Notes: generated by a model from the letters alone, not told the origin. Shown: positions 19,340 to 30,221, numbered from the stretch's first letter. The stretch is 64,000 bases of DNA from Alphaproteobacteria bacterium (GCA_965261735.1 OZ253470.1:1056001-1120000); one strand, 5' to 3'. Program-made: numbers and translations.

Positions 19340-19703
19340 TATACTCGCACCGGCTGACGCATCACAAAAGTGCGGCCGTCACGACCGCTCTCGACTGGAC
19401 TTGATGGCGCCGCGGGAAGTTGCGACAAAACAGCACGCGGGTTTGACACGACCGCGCCCGATTCTACAATTAGCAACGAGGGCGTACCCGGAGTAGCCGA
19501 AATCGAGTTCCAGCTTCGTTCATTTGGGGTGTCTGACCAATGCGGCGACTCGCACTTACTTTAGCGGCCCTCGGGCTCTGGGCGGCGACGGCCGCCGCAG
19601 AACCGCTCTACAACACGCCAACGTATTTCGAGCCGAGCGACTGAGGTGGCCTCGGTTTGTCGGACAGCTTGGCGGCTTGATTAAGGTGTATTCCAGTTGT
19701 CGT

Positions 19704-20639
19704 TCATGCCGCCAGAATCCCTTTGCATCGATCTCCTTGCCGTTGTTGTTGCGCCTGTGGGGATGTGGGCAAGGCGCGTAGCGGCTTGTCCATCATATCC
19801 ACAGGCGGGGCGCCGCGGTAGGCCTCGGCCGGCGTTTCCCCCCCGAGCGCCGAGTGCGGCCTCTCGGTGTTGTAGAAGTCGATCCACTCGCCGATGACGC
19901 GCCGGGCCTCGAAGCCGTCGGCGAGCTCGCGCAGATAGACGGCCTCGTATTTGAGCGAGCGCCACAGCCGCTCAATGAAGATGTTGTCCAGGCACCGGCC
20001 CCTGCCGTCCATCGAGATCCGGATGCCGGTCTCCCGCAAGCGCCCGGTGAAGGCGAAGCCGGTGAACTGGCTGCCCTGGTCGGTATTGAAGATCTCCGGC
20101 GTGCCATGGCGGGCCAGCGCCTCGTCGAGCGCGTCTGTGCAGAAGCCCGCATCCAGGGTGTTCGACAGACGCCAAGCCAGCACATGCCGGTTGGCCCAGT
20201 CCATGATCGCCACCAGGTAAAGAAAGCCGCGCCGCACCGGGATGTAGGTGATGTCGGCGCACCAGACATGGTTCGCCCGCTCGATCGTCAAGCCTCTGAG
20301 CAGATAGGGGTAGACCCGGTGCTCGGGATGCGGATCGCTGGTGCGCGGCGCCCGATAGATCGCCTGAAGCCCCATCAGGCGCATCAGACGACCGGCCCGG
20401 CGACGACCGACGCGCACGCCCTCGCGGCGTAGATGACGGACCATCTGACGGGCGCCGTAGAACGGATACTTCAGGAACAACTCATCAATGCGCCGCATCA
20501 GCGCCAGGGTCTCCGGGCTCTCGCCCTTGGGCGTGTAATAGAGCGAGGAGCGTCCGATCGACAGCAAACGGCATTGACGGCTCAAGCTCAGCGCCGGGTG
20601 AGCGCGTATCACCATCGTTCGCCTCTCGGCCCGGCTCAT
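19704..20639 (-). CDS. IS3 transposase OrfB (rve integrase core)
   Basis: WCADITYI, FNTDQGSQF, DNIFIERLWRSLKYE. Confidence 0.93.
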   Translation of the reverse strand: MSRAERRTMVIRAHPALSLSRQCRLLSIGRSSLYYTPKGESPETLALMRRIDELFLKYPFYGARQMVRHLRREGVRVGRRRAGRLMRLMGLQAIYRAPRTSDPHPEHRVYPYLLRGLTIERANHVWCADITYIPVRRGFLYLVAIMDWANRHVLAWRLSNTLDAGFCTDALDEALARHGTPEIFNTDQGSQFTGFAFTGRLRETGIRISMDGRGRCLDNIFIERLWRSLKYEAVYLRELADGFEARRVIGEWIDFYNTERPHSALGGETPAEAYRGAPPVDMMDKPLRALPTSPQAQQQRQGDRCKGILAA

Positions 20640-20917
20640 CGACCGGACCCTCGAGACAAAAAATCCCGCTCCACCGTCAACTCGCCGATCTTCGCGTGAA
20701 GATCACGGATCTCGCTCTCATGGTCCCGACGGCGGCGCTCGCCCCCGTTCGAAAACACTTCGCCAAGACCATCGATCGCCTGCCGCTTCCATGTGCTCAC
20801 TTGGTTCGGATGAACCTGGTGCTGCGAGGCGATCTCCTGAAGCGTCCGGTCGCCACGAAGCGCCTCAAGCGCGATCTTCGCCTTCAGCTCCCCGGAAAAC
20901 CTGCGTCTCTTACTCAT
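20636..20917 (-). CDS. IS3 transposase OrfA (HTH)
   Basis: RRFSGELKAKIALEA...VHPNQVSTWK; ATGA overlap with orfB. Confidence 0.93.
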   Translation of the reverse strand: MSKRRRFSGELKAKIALEALRGDRTLQEIASQHQVHPNQVSTWKRQAIDGLGEVFSNGGERRRRDHESEIRDLHAKIGELTVERDFLSRGSGR

Positions 20918-21212
20918 CGCGTATCCCTCCTCAGTCGGCGGAATACACCTTAAAAACCTGTCCGATTTTCCGGGGCCACCTCAGACACCTACTTCGAGCT
21001 GGTGAACATCGAAACGATATACGGGCACTACGACCTCGGTGCCAAGAATTGGCGGGTCTCGTCAGGCTTGGCGGCAAAACGGGGTTTCAAGGGCCGCCAA
21101 GGGCGGCTCGCCATTGTCGATAGCCAGGAGGTCCACGAGTTTCTGCGCGATACGTTTCGGCCCGACCGTTCGTCCTGGATCGGACTCCGCTACTTTTGCG
21201 GGTACAACAAGC

Positions 21213-22292
21213 CTTTCCTATCCGGTTTACACCCACACCCACTAGGGCTAGAATGGGCGCAACCCGGATATAGGGGAGCGCGCCATGGATGTTCTCGACC
21301 GCTACCCGAGTTCCAGCGACTTTTCCCCGATGATGCGGCCTGCGCCGCCTACCTGGAGAAAGCCCGCTGGGGAGACGGCTTTGCCTGCCCGCACTGCGGC
21401 ACGGCGGGAGAGCCGTTCCACTTTGAAAACCGCCCTGGCGTCCTGCGCTGCCGCAAGTGCCGCCAGAACACCGGGCTGACGGTGGGAACAGTGATGGAGC
21501 GTAGCCACACTCCGCTGAACGTCTGGTTCTGGGCCGCTTATCTGGTCGCCAGTCAGACGCCCGGCATGTCCGCCGTGCAGTTTCAGCGGCAACTTGGTCT
21601 TTCGCGCTACGAGACGGCCTTTCAAATTCTCCACAAGCTCCGCTCGGGCATGGTGCGGCCCAACCAAGACAGGATCGGTGGACAGCCCAAGAACCATGTT
21701 GAGGTGGACGAAACCTGGGTTGGCGGGCGAACGCGTGGGGAAGGCCGTGGTGTTCACCACAAGGTTCCCGTCTCCTGTGCCATCGAGGTGCGTCATCGAA
21801 AGCCGGGCACCAAGCTCGACAACCGGAAAGACGGACGCTATGCCGGACGCGTTCGGCTCGCCGTCGTGCTCGACCGTAGCGCCGAGTCGCTCTGTGGGTT
21901 CGTCGAGAGCACCGTCGCGCCGCGATCGCTGATCGTTACTGACGATTGGAGCGGCTATGCTGGCCTCGGTAAGCGCGGCTATGAGCACTTCGCTGTTGCC
22001 GAGTGTGGTGATCCAGAGGTTGCCGAGCAATACCTGCCGATCATCCATCTGGTTTTCGCCAACCTGAAGACGTGGCTGATCGGTATCCACCACGGCGTTA
22101 GCCACCAGCACCTACAAGCCTACCTCAACGAGTTCACCTTCCGCTTCAACAGGCGGTTCTACCCGTTCAACGCCTTCCGCTCATTGCTCGGCATCGCGGG
22201 CGACACCTCTGCTCCAACCTATGCCGAGCTTTACTCGGGAGAGTGGCGGCACCCTACATGTAGCGGTCATGGGCGTTAACCGGATAGGCAAG
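21213..22292 (+). mobile_element. IS1595 copy 3 (1080 bp; a 25-bp deletion frameshifts the transposase)
   Basis: Duplication caacaagc at 21205-21212 and 22293-22300; variant terminal repeat ctttcctatccgg; gcgccgatctcccattcccgcattc is missing relative to copy 1. Confidence 0.95.
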
Positions 22293-22691
22293 CAACAAGC
22301 TTTTGTGGGTCAACGGAAGAACGGTGAAGCGAGGCGAGTTCCAGCCCTGGCACAAGCCGGTCTGGAACTTGGTTGGCAAGTTTCCACAGGACACGGAATT
22401 CGGCCTAACGGGCTGCCGAAGCGCGGACGGCAAGGTCCGCTACGTCAACACCCACAACCCGGTGCACTATTGGCCGGTGGCAGACGGGTTCCGCTGGAAC
22501 GCCAACCACTACGAAGTTGAGTGGCGGCAGATGTTCGTCGAATATCCGCCGCGAGCGGCGGGTAAGGACTCGGCCGCTAGCCAGGAATAGCTAGGGGGTC
22601 GGCGGCCTAAAGAGCCATACGCCCTGGTCTGGATTGTTGTGTATCCCGCGAAGACGTCGACCTCGGGGATGTAGAACCATTTGCTGTAGAC

Positions 22692-23149
22692 GTGAGGTTG
22701 CAGCGCGAGGCGGAGGGTCAGGAGATCGATGTGACCGAGGTGCCGGACTACCCGGGTTGGAGACAGGAGGCCGGCCGGCTGACAGCGGCAGGCGAGGCCA
22801 TCCTCTCGGACAAGAAGACTTATGGCCCGCACCTCGACAACATCACGATTGGCGAGAGCCGTGTGACATGGGCCCTCTCCAACATCAGCCGCGCCATCGG
22901 GGGTGACGACGAGGCTATCGGCGAAAAAGCCGCCGAGGTCCAGAAGCCGCCTGCTACACAGGAGACGCCCGAGGAGCGGGCGCTCCGGGCTCAGAAGGAC
23001 GCCCAAGTGTTCAGCCGGCTTCAGTCAGCCGAGTACAACGCAACGGGGGAAGCGCGCAAGGCCGCGCAGAAGGCCTTCGCCGACTATCTCGAACGCGAGG
23101 CCCATAAGTACGAAACGCCCCGCGAAGAGCGGCGCCATATCCTCGACAC
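22692..23149 (+). pseudogene. Fragment of a hypothetical protein, possibly a conjugative relaxase (TraA/MobA) C-terminal region
   Basis: Helical, charged ORF cut by IS256. The call rests on loose resemblance and on nearby VirD4 remnants. Confidence 0.35.
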
Positions 23150-24243
23150 GATCGTGTCCCGCGGAGTGGTGTAAGAGCGTTGCGCTCTACGCGGCTCCCG
23201 GCGGGTAGGGCCGGGACGTTCAGGCTGCCACGGTGGGCAGCGTGATGGGGACACCATCGCTCAGCGGAGCGATGGATTCCAGCGTCATGTATCTCCTTGA
23301 GACGGCCCACTCGTCGTTCTGCTCGAGAAGGATGGCGCCGACGAGCCGTGTGGTGGCGGCTTCGTTGGGAAAGATACCGACGACGTTGGTGCGACGCTTG
23401 ACCTCGGCATGGAGCCGTTCGATCGGGTTTGTGGAGTGCAATTTCTGGCGGTGCTCCCTGGGGAAGCTCATGTAGGCGAGGACGTCGTGCTCGGCTTCGT
23501 CCATGAGAACTGCCAGCTTGGGCACCTTGGGCCTGAGCTGGTCGGCGACCCGGCGCCACTGGACCTTCGCGCTGTCGGCGTCCTCCTGGGCGAAGGCGGA
23601 GACGACGCGCCGGCCCTGGCGGCCGGCATGGGCCAGCAGGTTGCGGGCGAAGTGCACGCGGCAGCGCTGCCATGTGGCGCCGAGGATCCGGGTCGCGGCG
23701 GCCTTCAGGCCCTTGTGGTCGTCGGAGATCACCAGCTTCACGCCGCGCAGCCCGCGCCGGGCCAGCGAGCGCAGGAACTCGGTCCAGAAGGTCTCGGCCT
23801 CCGACGCGCCGATCGCCACGCCCAGGACCTCGCGGCGGCCTTGGTCGTTGACGGCCACAGCCACGGTCACCGCGACCGAGACGATGCGTCCGGTCTGGCG
23901 CACCTTCACGTAGGTGGCGTCGAGCCACAGATAGGGCCAGTCGCCCTCCAGCGGTCGATCGAGGAAGCCGGTGACCTTATCGTCGATCTCGCCGCACAGC
24001 CTGGAGACCTGGCTCTTGGAGGCGCCCGACATCCCCATCGCCTGAACCAGATCGTCGACCGAGCGGGTCGACACCCCCTGGATGTAGGCCTCCTGGATCA
24101 CCGCAGCCAGCGCCTTCTCGGCCATCCGCCGCGGCTCCAGGAAGCCCGGGAAGTAGCTTCCCTTCCTCAGCTTCGGGATCTTCAGCTCGACCGTGCCGGC
24201 CCGCGTCTCCCAGGACCGGTCGCGGTAGCCGTTGCGATGGGTG
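23150..24243 (-). mobile_element. IS256-family element, 5'-truncated
   Basis: Right end gatcgtgtcccgcggagtggtgtaa at 23150; transposase motifs [29 protein letters not shown]. Confidence 0.92.
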
Positions 24244-24369
24244 GATCAAGTGACGCTGTCATCGATGGCTGGTGGAGCGTACGCTCGAAGAATGGACGCT
24301 TTTCCGATGCGGCCCGGACTCACCCTATTGACATATCGTTGGAAGGATGCGCGGTGATCCAAAGACGCG

Positions 24370-24700
24370 ATGCCGCACCGGACGATTCAGCGAGGAATAG
24401 CGGCCAGGGCTTGTATGGCGCTGGCGGTCGTGCTGGGTGTTATCTTCGCCCATATCCGCAAGAAGAGTGTGGGCCACGAGGGCGGCCGGGCGCCGATTAC
24501 CCGCGAGTTCTTGTCGGCCAACACGCTGTTCTACGGTTTCCTGTTTGTGGGCATCCTGCTTTTTTCAAACTGGTTCAACTTGCTGAGTCCGGATTTTACC
24601 GGAACGGGGACAGCCACCTCCCTGGTGTGGACCTTCATAGACGCCGCGCTGCCACTGCTTTTGGGCGTGATGGGCCTCGTCGAAGCCGGACCGGCAGATG
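24370..24700 (+). pseudogene. Hypothetical membrane protein fragment
   Basis: Three hydrophobic segments, after which the ORF reads through antisense to the next gene with no stop of its own. Confidence 0.4.
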
Positions 24701-24765
24701 TGAGACTTCATCACTCCAGGCACTCTTTGGCTGTTCACCAAGTCACCGCCCCATGGACCTCGAAC

Positions 24766-26019
24766 CTACTGCGGATAAATCTTGACCGGGTTCTTGCCGA
24801 TCTCGAAGCTCGATGGGTCGGAGGCGACAAACCGGTAGGCGGCAAACTTGAAGCTCGCGCAGTCACCGTACTCGTTGCAGCTGATCTCACCGCCCATTCC
24901 CTCGAAGCTCTTCGTGGCGAACAGTGCGTCGCGAAGCGCCCGGCGCCCGATGTAGGTGTTGCCCACGGCGTCCTTCACCGCCACCTTTTCTATGGCCATC
25001 AGCGCCACCGCCATTCCATCGTACGCGTTTTGATGAAAAGCCTGGATCGGGCCTTCGCCATATTTCTCCTTGTACTTCCTCACCAGCTCGGGATAACGGG
25101 CACCCATCGCCTCCACCGAGGTGTCGGGACTTGTGATTACGAGATTCACCGCCGCAGCGCCCGCCGCTCCCAGGAATCCCGGCGCCATCAGCGCGCTGCC
25201 GCCGACCGGCGTGGTGGATTCAAGGCCCTCGATCTCTCCGAACTGGCGAACGATCCGGGCTGCCGCCGCCACGAATATTGGAAAATAGACCACACAGGGC
25301 TTGGCAGCAGCGATCCGAGTGAGAGCCGGGCGCATGTCGACATCGGTTGGCGCCACCGCCTCCATTGCTGTCACCTTGCCACCCAACTCCATGAAACGGT
25401 TCTTGGCTACCCGCACGAGTTGCTCGGCATACGGGCTGCCGTCATGGATCGTGGCAAGACTCTTGCACTTCATCTGATTCCAGAAGTACTCCGCATCCGC
25501 GGCGCCGGAGGCAAGGTCGTTATAGATGGTCCGCAGGTAACCTTGCAGGCTCTCCGGGCGATCCGGTGCGGTAAGCGACGGCGCAGTGGTCGACGTAGCT
25601 ACGCTTGGGATGCCCGCCTTCCACAGGATAGGGCCACCGGGGGTGCCGGCACTTGAGCAGTCGGGCCCGATTACGACAACGATGTTCCGGTTCGAGGCGA
25701 GCCTGGTGGCCGCGGTTTGTCCACCCTCGGCACTGCAATGGCTGTCCTCGGTATGGAATTCGATTGGGTGCCCGGCGACCGCGTTCCCCCAGTTATCCAT
25801 GGCGATTTCCGCGCCGCGCTTCTGATCCAGTCCGATATCGACGTCCGGGCCGGACAGCGTCCAATAGCCGCCGATGTGAATCGGTGCGCCCTTGGGGATT
25901 TTGACCACGCCAAGCGGGTCGGTGACAGGTCCGAGAGTCTCCGCGGAGACACCGGATATGGCGCCTGCCGCGATCCCGGCCGCCGCGACAAGGGCCTTGA
26001 TGTTGAGGTTCGCACTCAT
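24766..26019 (-). CDS. Branched-chain amino acid ABC transporter substrate-binding protein (LivJ/LivK-like)
   Basis: Signal peptide, EDSHCSAEGG, GPDCSS, HDGSPYAEQL, AYDG. Confidence 0.9.
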   Translation of the reverse strand: MSANLNIKALVAAAGIAAGAISGVSAETLGPVTDPLGVVKIPKGAPIHIGGYWTLSGPDVDIGLDQKRGAEIAMDNWGNAVAGHPIEFHTEDSHCSAEGGQTAATRLASNRNIVVVIGPDCSSAGTPGGPILWKAGIPSVATSTTAPSLTAPDRPESLQGYLRTIYNDLASGAADAEYFWNQMKCKSLATIHDGSPYAEQLVRVAKNRFMELGGKVTAMEAVAPTDVDMRPALTRIAAAKPCVVYFPIFVAAAARIVRQFGEIEGLESTTPVGGSALMAPGFLGAAGAAAVNLVITSPDTSVEAMGARYPELVRKYKEKYGEGPIQAFHQNAYDGMAVALMAIEKVAVKDAVGNTYIGRRALRDALFATKSFEGMGGEISCNEYGDCASFKFAAYRFVASDPSSFEIGKNPVKIYPQ

Positions 26020-26239
26020 GCGCCGCTCCTCTGCAGGTTTCCGTTGAATTCGACCGCTTCTCACTGGTGCGGGCAGTGCGTAAAATATAGATTGTTTAGG
26101 TTGTTACAAGAAATGTGGCGCTATTGGTCCTTCGGATGCTCAAGAACGCCGGTCCCATGGGCGCTACAGGCGGCGATAATGCTTTTGGATTGCCGTTATC
26201 GCCGCCGAGCACCGCATTCACACAATGAGAGATTTGACG

Positions 26240-27208
26240 ATGAAATGGTTGACGGGACTGGCTGCAGGCTTGGCCCTCTCGGCGGGCACCGTCCACGCGG
26301 CCGATAAATGGGATATGCCGACGGCGTATGTGGATTCCAATTACCACACGCAAAACGGCAAGCTGTTTGCCGAGGCTGTGGGCGTGTGCACCGGGGGCGA
26401 TCTTGAGATCGTGGTGCATGGCGGCGGCACCCTGTTCAAGGGCGGCGAGATCAAGCGCGCCGTACAGACCGGTCGGGCTCCCATCGGTGAGCGGTTGTTG
26501 AGTGCGCACCAAAATGAGAATGCCGTCTTCGGATTCGACTCGGTGCCGTTCCTGGCCTCGTCCTTCGAGGCATCCGATCGGCTTTGGCAGGCGGCCAGGG
26601 GCAAGTTGACCGAGATCCTCGCCGATCAGAATCTGGTACTGCTCTACGCCGTCTCCTGGCCACCGCAGGGGATGTATTTCAAGCGCGAGATCGGCGGTGT
26701 CGCCGACATGGGCGGGATCAAGTTCCGCACCAACAACGCCGCGACCGCAAGACTGGCGGCGCTTGCCAAAATGCTGCCAGTGCACGTCGAGGCGGCAGAG
26801 CTTAGGCAGGCGCTGGCGACCGGTGTGGCGGACGCCTTCATGTCGTCGAGCTCGACCGGTTACGACCACAAGGTCTGGGAGCATATGAGCTATTTCTACG
26901 ACGTCCGTGCCTGGCTGCCGCGCAACTATGTGTTTGTGAACATGGACGCCTTCGCCGCGCTCGACGCGCAAACCCGGAACTGCCTGCGTTCGGCGGCGTT
27001 GTTGGCGGAAGCGGCCGGCACGACGCGAGCACGCGAGTTGACCGATTGGTACATGACACGGCTTAGGGCCAACGGCATAAGCGTGCTGGCGCCGGGCGAG
27101 CGGCTCGCCGGCGACCTCGCGGAGATCGGCGCGACCATGTCGGCCGAATGGTCTGACGCCGCGGGCGCAACCGGCGCAGCGATAATCAACGCCTTCAAAG
27201 CCAACTAG
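26240..27208 (+). CDS. TRAP transporter substrate-binding protein (DctP)
   Basis: Signal peptide, WDMPTAY, IKRAVQTG, DSVPFLA, WPPQG, KFR. The start could be 26225. Confidence 0.9.
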   Translation: MKWLTGLAAGLALSAGTVHAADKWDMPTAYVDSNYHTQNGKLFAEAVGVCTGGDLEIVVHGGGTLFKGGEIKRAVQTGRAPIGERLLSAHQNENAVFGFDSVPFLASSFEASDRLWQAARGKLTEILADQNLVLLYAVSWPPQGMYFKREIGGVADMGGIKFRTNNAATARLAALAKMLPVHVEAAELRQALATGVADAFMSSSSTGYDHKVWEHMSYFYDVRAWLPRNYVFVNMDAFAALDAQTRNCLRSAALLAEAAGTTRARELTDWYMTRLRANGISVLAPGERLAGDLAEIGATMSAEWSDAAGATGAAIINAFKAN

Positions 27209-27361
27209 CGGCTTCGGGCGCAACTCCTCCCCGGCCTCGCAGAGACGGCAGGCACCTGGCTGCCTCGTGCCGCCGCCTCACGGCATCCTCCAGCGCTCAC
27301 CACTCGCGTTTCAGCCTTACCCGCGCCGACCAGCGCGTCCGGGGTGGAAGGATGCAAAGTC

Positions 27362-27790
27362 CTAAAACGACACGCAGGCCAGCGTGATCGTACGCAATAC
27401 GGCCTCCTGGCCAAATGAACGCTTGTACGCCTCCGCAATCTCCACCGTGTGCCGCACCTCCGCAGCACCCGGCTTGGCCAGGACAATCACCAGCTTCGTC
27501 CTCTCCCGCATGATCGCACCTGATCCGTCGCGCCACTGCCCGGCGGCGTCCAGAACGGTCAGACCGTCGGGGAAACGCGGCGTGATCTCGGCGGCGAGAA
27601 ATCCCCGCCAGGCCTTGTCGCTCACTACTTCCACATCTCCCCGGCTACGCCCGAAGAACAGCCGGTACTCGGTGAACTCTTCAAACCCGGCCGGGCAGGA
27701 CGGCGTGCCCGCCCGCGACGCCGGCGCCATCGCGAGCACAAGGATCGCCAGAACGGCGCCGGCACGGATGCCATGCATTCGCTTCCTCAT
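27362..27790 (-). CDS. DUF3574 family secreted protein
   Basis: LFFGR, EITPRFPDGLTVLDAAGQWR, YKRSFGQEAVLR. Confidence 0.85.
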   Translation of the reverse strand: MRKRMHGIRAGAVLAILVLAMAPASRAGTPSCPAGFEEFTEYRLFFGRSRGDVEVVSDKAWRGFLAAEITPRFPDGLTVLDAAGQWRDGSGAIMRERTKLVIVLAKPGAAEVRHTVEIAEAYKRSFGQEAVLRTITLACVSF

Positions 27791-28084
27791 GGTCTTCTTC
27801 CCTCTCTGGCCCGCACGATATGGCGGGCGTTGTCCGTTGCCGCGCGAAATGGGCCGAGAATAGCCGCAACACGTGCGGCAAATCTAACACCCTCTCTCAT
27901 CGACCTCATAGAAACGGCACGGCCTTGCCTGGCCACGAACACGACGAGAAACGCCGTTCTTAGGGGCGGTTTCAAGTCCAGATGGCCTCATGGAATCGCA
28001 AATGGCCTATGTGCCAGAGCGTTTGGATCGCGAGAGCTCTCAACACGCCACACCATCTTGACAATTGGCCACTAAGTTCATGTT

Positions 28085-29382
28085 GGTCGTGTCCCAGGAC
28101 GTGGTGTAGGAGTTGTTGGAGCCTCTGGTAGCTGTGGGTAGGCGGCTTGCCGTAGCGACCGCCGAGAGTCTGGCGTAGGCAAGCCGGCTATCCACAGCGG
28201 AGGCCATCGCGGTTCCGGTTTAGGGTTGGGCTAGTGCAAACCAACCTGACCCGAAGGAGAACCACGATGACCCAGGACATGATGACCCTACGCGCGCTTT
28301 TGGAGAAGAGCTCCGATGCCGATCTGCTTTGCGAGATGATCGGCTTCACGGCCGAGCGGCTGATGGCACTGGAGGTTGAGGGCCTGACCGGCGCCGGGCA
28401 CGGCGAGCGCTCGGCGGATCGTATCACCCATCGCAACGGCTACCGCGACCGGTCCTGGGAGACGCGGGCCGGCACGGTCGAGCTGAAGATCCCGAAGCTG
28501 AGGAAGGGAAGCTACTTCCCGGGCTTCCTGGAGCCGCGGCGGATGGCCGAGAAGGCGCTGGCTGCGGTGATCCAGGAGGCCTACATCCAGGGGGTGTCGA
28601 CCCGCTCGGTCGACGATCTGGTTCAGGCGATGGGGATGTCGGGCGCCTCCAAGAGCCAGGTCTCCAGGCCTGTGCGGCGAGATCGACGATAAGGTCAACG
28701 GCTTCCTCGATCGACCGCTGGAGGGCGACTGGCCCTATCTGTGGCTCGACGCCACCTACGTGAAGGTGCGCCAGACCGGACGCATCGTCTCGGTCGCGGT
28801 GACCGTGGCTGTGGCCGTCAACGACCAAGGCCGCCGCGACCCGGATCCTCGGCGCCACATGGCAGCGCTGCCGCGTGCACTTCGCCCGCAACCTGCTGGC
28901 CCATGCCGGCCGCCAGGGCCGGCGCGTCGTCTCCGCCTTCGCCCAGGAGGACGCCGACAGCGCGAAGGTCCAGTGGCGCCAGGTCGCCGACCAGCTCAGG
29001 CCCAAGGTGCCCAAGCTGGCAGTTCTCATGGACGAAGCCGAGCACGACGTCCTCGCCTACATGAGCTTCCCCAGGGAGCACCGCCAGAAATTGCACTCCA
29101 CAAACCCGATCGAACGGCTCCATGCCGAGGTCAAGCGTCGCACCAACGTCGTCGGTATCTTTCCCAACGAAGCCGCCATCACACGGCTCGTCGGCGCCAT
29201 CCTTCTCGAGCAGAACGACGAGTGGGCCGTCTCAAGGAGATACATGACGCTGGAATCCATCGCTCCGCTGAGCGATGGTGTCCCCATCACGCTGCCCACC
29301 GTGGCAGCCTGAACGTCCCGGCCCTACCCGCCGGGAGCCGCGTAGAGCGCAACGCTCTTACACCACTCCGCGGGACACGATC
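28085..29382 (+). mobile_element. IS256-family element with both ends but an inactivated transposase
   Basis: Ends ggtcgtgtcccaggacgtggtgta / tacaccactccgcgggacacgatc; +1 frameshift near 28668 and a 137-bp deletion at 28827-28839 relative to the 23150 copy. Confidence 0.92.
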
Positions 29383-29608
29383 ACCAATCGCCATTTCGAT
29401 GGAAACCATACCGGATATGAATCAGCGGCGGCCCCTGACAATTGACCGGCACCGCTGTCAGGCTTCTTCACGGCATAGGCTGCCCCATGACACCGACACG
29501 GGGACGACAATACCGCGGCTTCACGGCGGAGCCTCGCACGTAATGACAACCGCAACAGCCCAGCCTTGCCCGAAGGTGCCGGTTGAGGGCATCAGGTTTG
29601 TTTCGCCA

Positions 29609-30166
29609 TCAAGGCTTGTGAACCTCGAGCGGGCACTTCACCACCTGGTTTTTCCGCTTAGCTTCCATCGCGCAATTGGCAATCGTGGGGCCATAGTTGT
29701 CCCAGATGTGCCCGCTCCACCCGCGGGACGGGTCGTTGAGGGGGACGATCAGGAACTGCTGCTCGACCAGCACGCCGAGCAGCAGGAATGCCGGTGCGGC
29801 CACGGCCAGCGCGAGCCCCGGCAACCACCGCCGGTGCTGGCGCTCGGCGTCGCCCCAGCGGTGAAAATCCTCACTATAGCCCGTAATCGTCTCTTCGATA
29901 CGGTCGGCGGCCTTGCCCAAATCCCGTTCCCGCTCACCGGCGGCCACCAACTCGTCGAGCAGAGATCGGGCCTCTCCGGCATGCGCCGCCAATTTGTCCG
30001 TGATTTCGACGAGTTTCCGGGTGCCGATCCTCAACCGCCCCCCGTCATCCTTCTGTGCTTGTTCGATTTGCGTGGAAACTTGCCGCACCAGGCCGAGAAC
30101 TTCCTTGAGCGAGGGATTAGGATCGAGCGAACCGGTCCTGGTTTTGCCGGCGGCCTCTTGATCCAT
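29609..30166 (-). CDS. Hypothetical coiled-coil membrane-anchored protein (conjugative element remnant)
   Basis: Helical region plus one transmembrane segment, directly downstream of a virD4-like gene. Confidence 0.55.
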   Translation of the reverse strand: MDQEAAGKTRTGSLDPNPSLKEVLGLVRQVSTQIEQAQKDDGGRLRIGTRKLVEITDKLAAHAGEARSLLDELVAAGERERDLGKAADRIEETITGYSEDFHRWGDAERQHRRWLPGLALAVAAPAFLLLGVLVEQQFLIVPLNDPSRGWSGHIWDNYGPTIANCAMEAKRKNQVVKCPLEVHKP

Positions 30167-30221
30167 TTGGGCGTCACACCCATTTTGTTCTCATTGTCCT
30201 CCAATGCCTCGTGTTTTCCGG

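Larger units (their letters stand above)
19642..20983 (-). mobile_element. IS3-family insertion sequence, complete
   Basis: TG...CA ends; imperfect repeats tgaggtggcctcggtttgtcggacag / ctgtccgattttccggggccacctca; 3-bp duplication gac at 19639-19641 and 20984-20986. Confidence 0.93.
19540..22590 (+). pseudogene. Secreted C-type-lectin-like protein split by IS3 and IS1595 (segments 19540-19641, 20987-21212, 22301-22590)
   Basis: Removing both ISs and one copy of each target duplication restores a single frame: MRRLALTLAALGLWAATAAA-EPLY...SD|TYFELV...GRLAIVDSQEVHEFL...SWIGLRYFCGYNK|LLWVNG... Confidence 0.75.

Noticed and set aside
24700-25656. Remainder of the 428-aa plus-strand ORF
   Set aside because: Antisense read-through over the LivJ-like gene; not protein-like.
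23150-29382. Composite transposon bounded by IS256 copies
   Set aside because: No shared target duplication at the outer ends, and both copies are defective.
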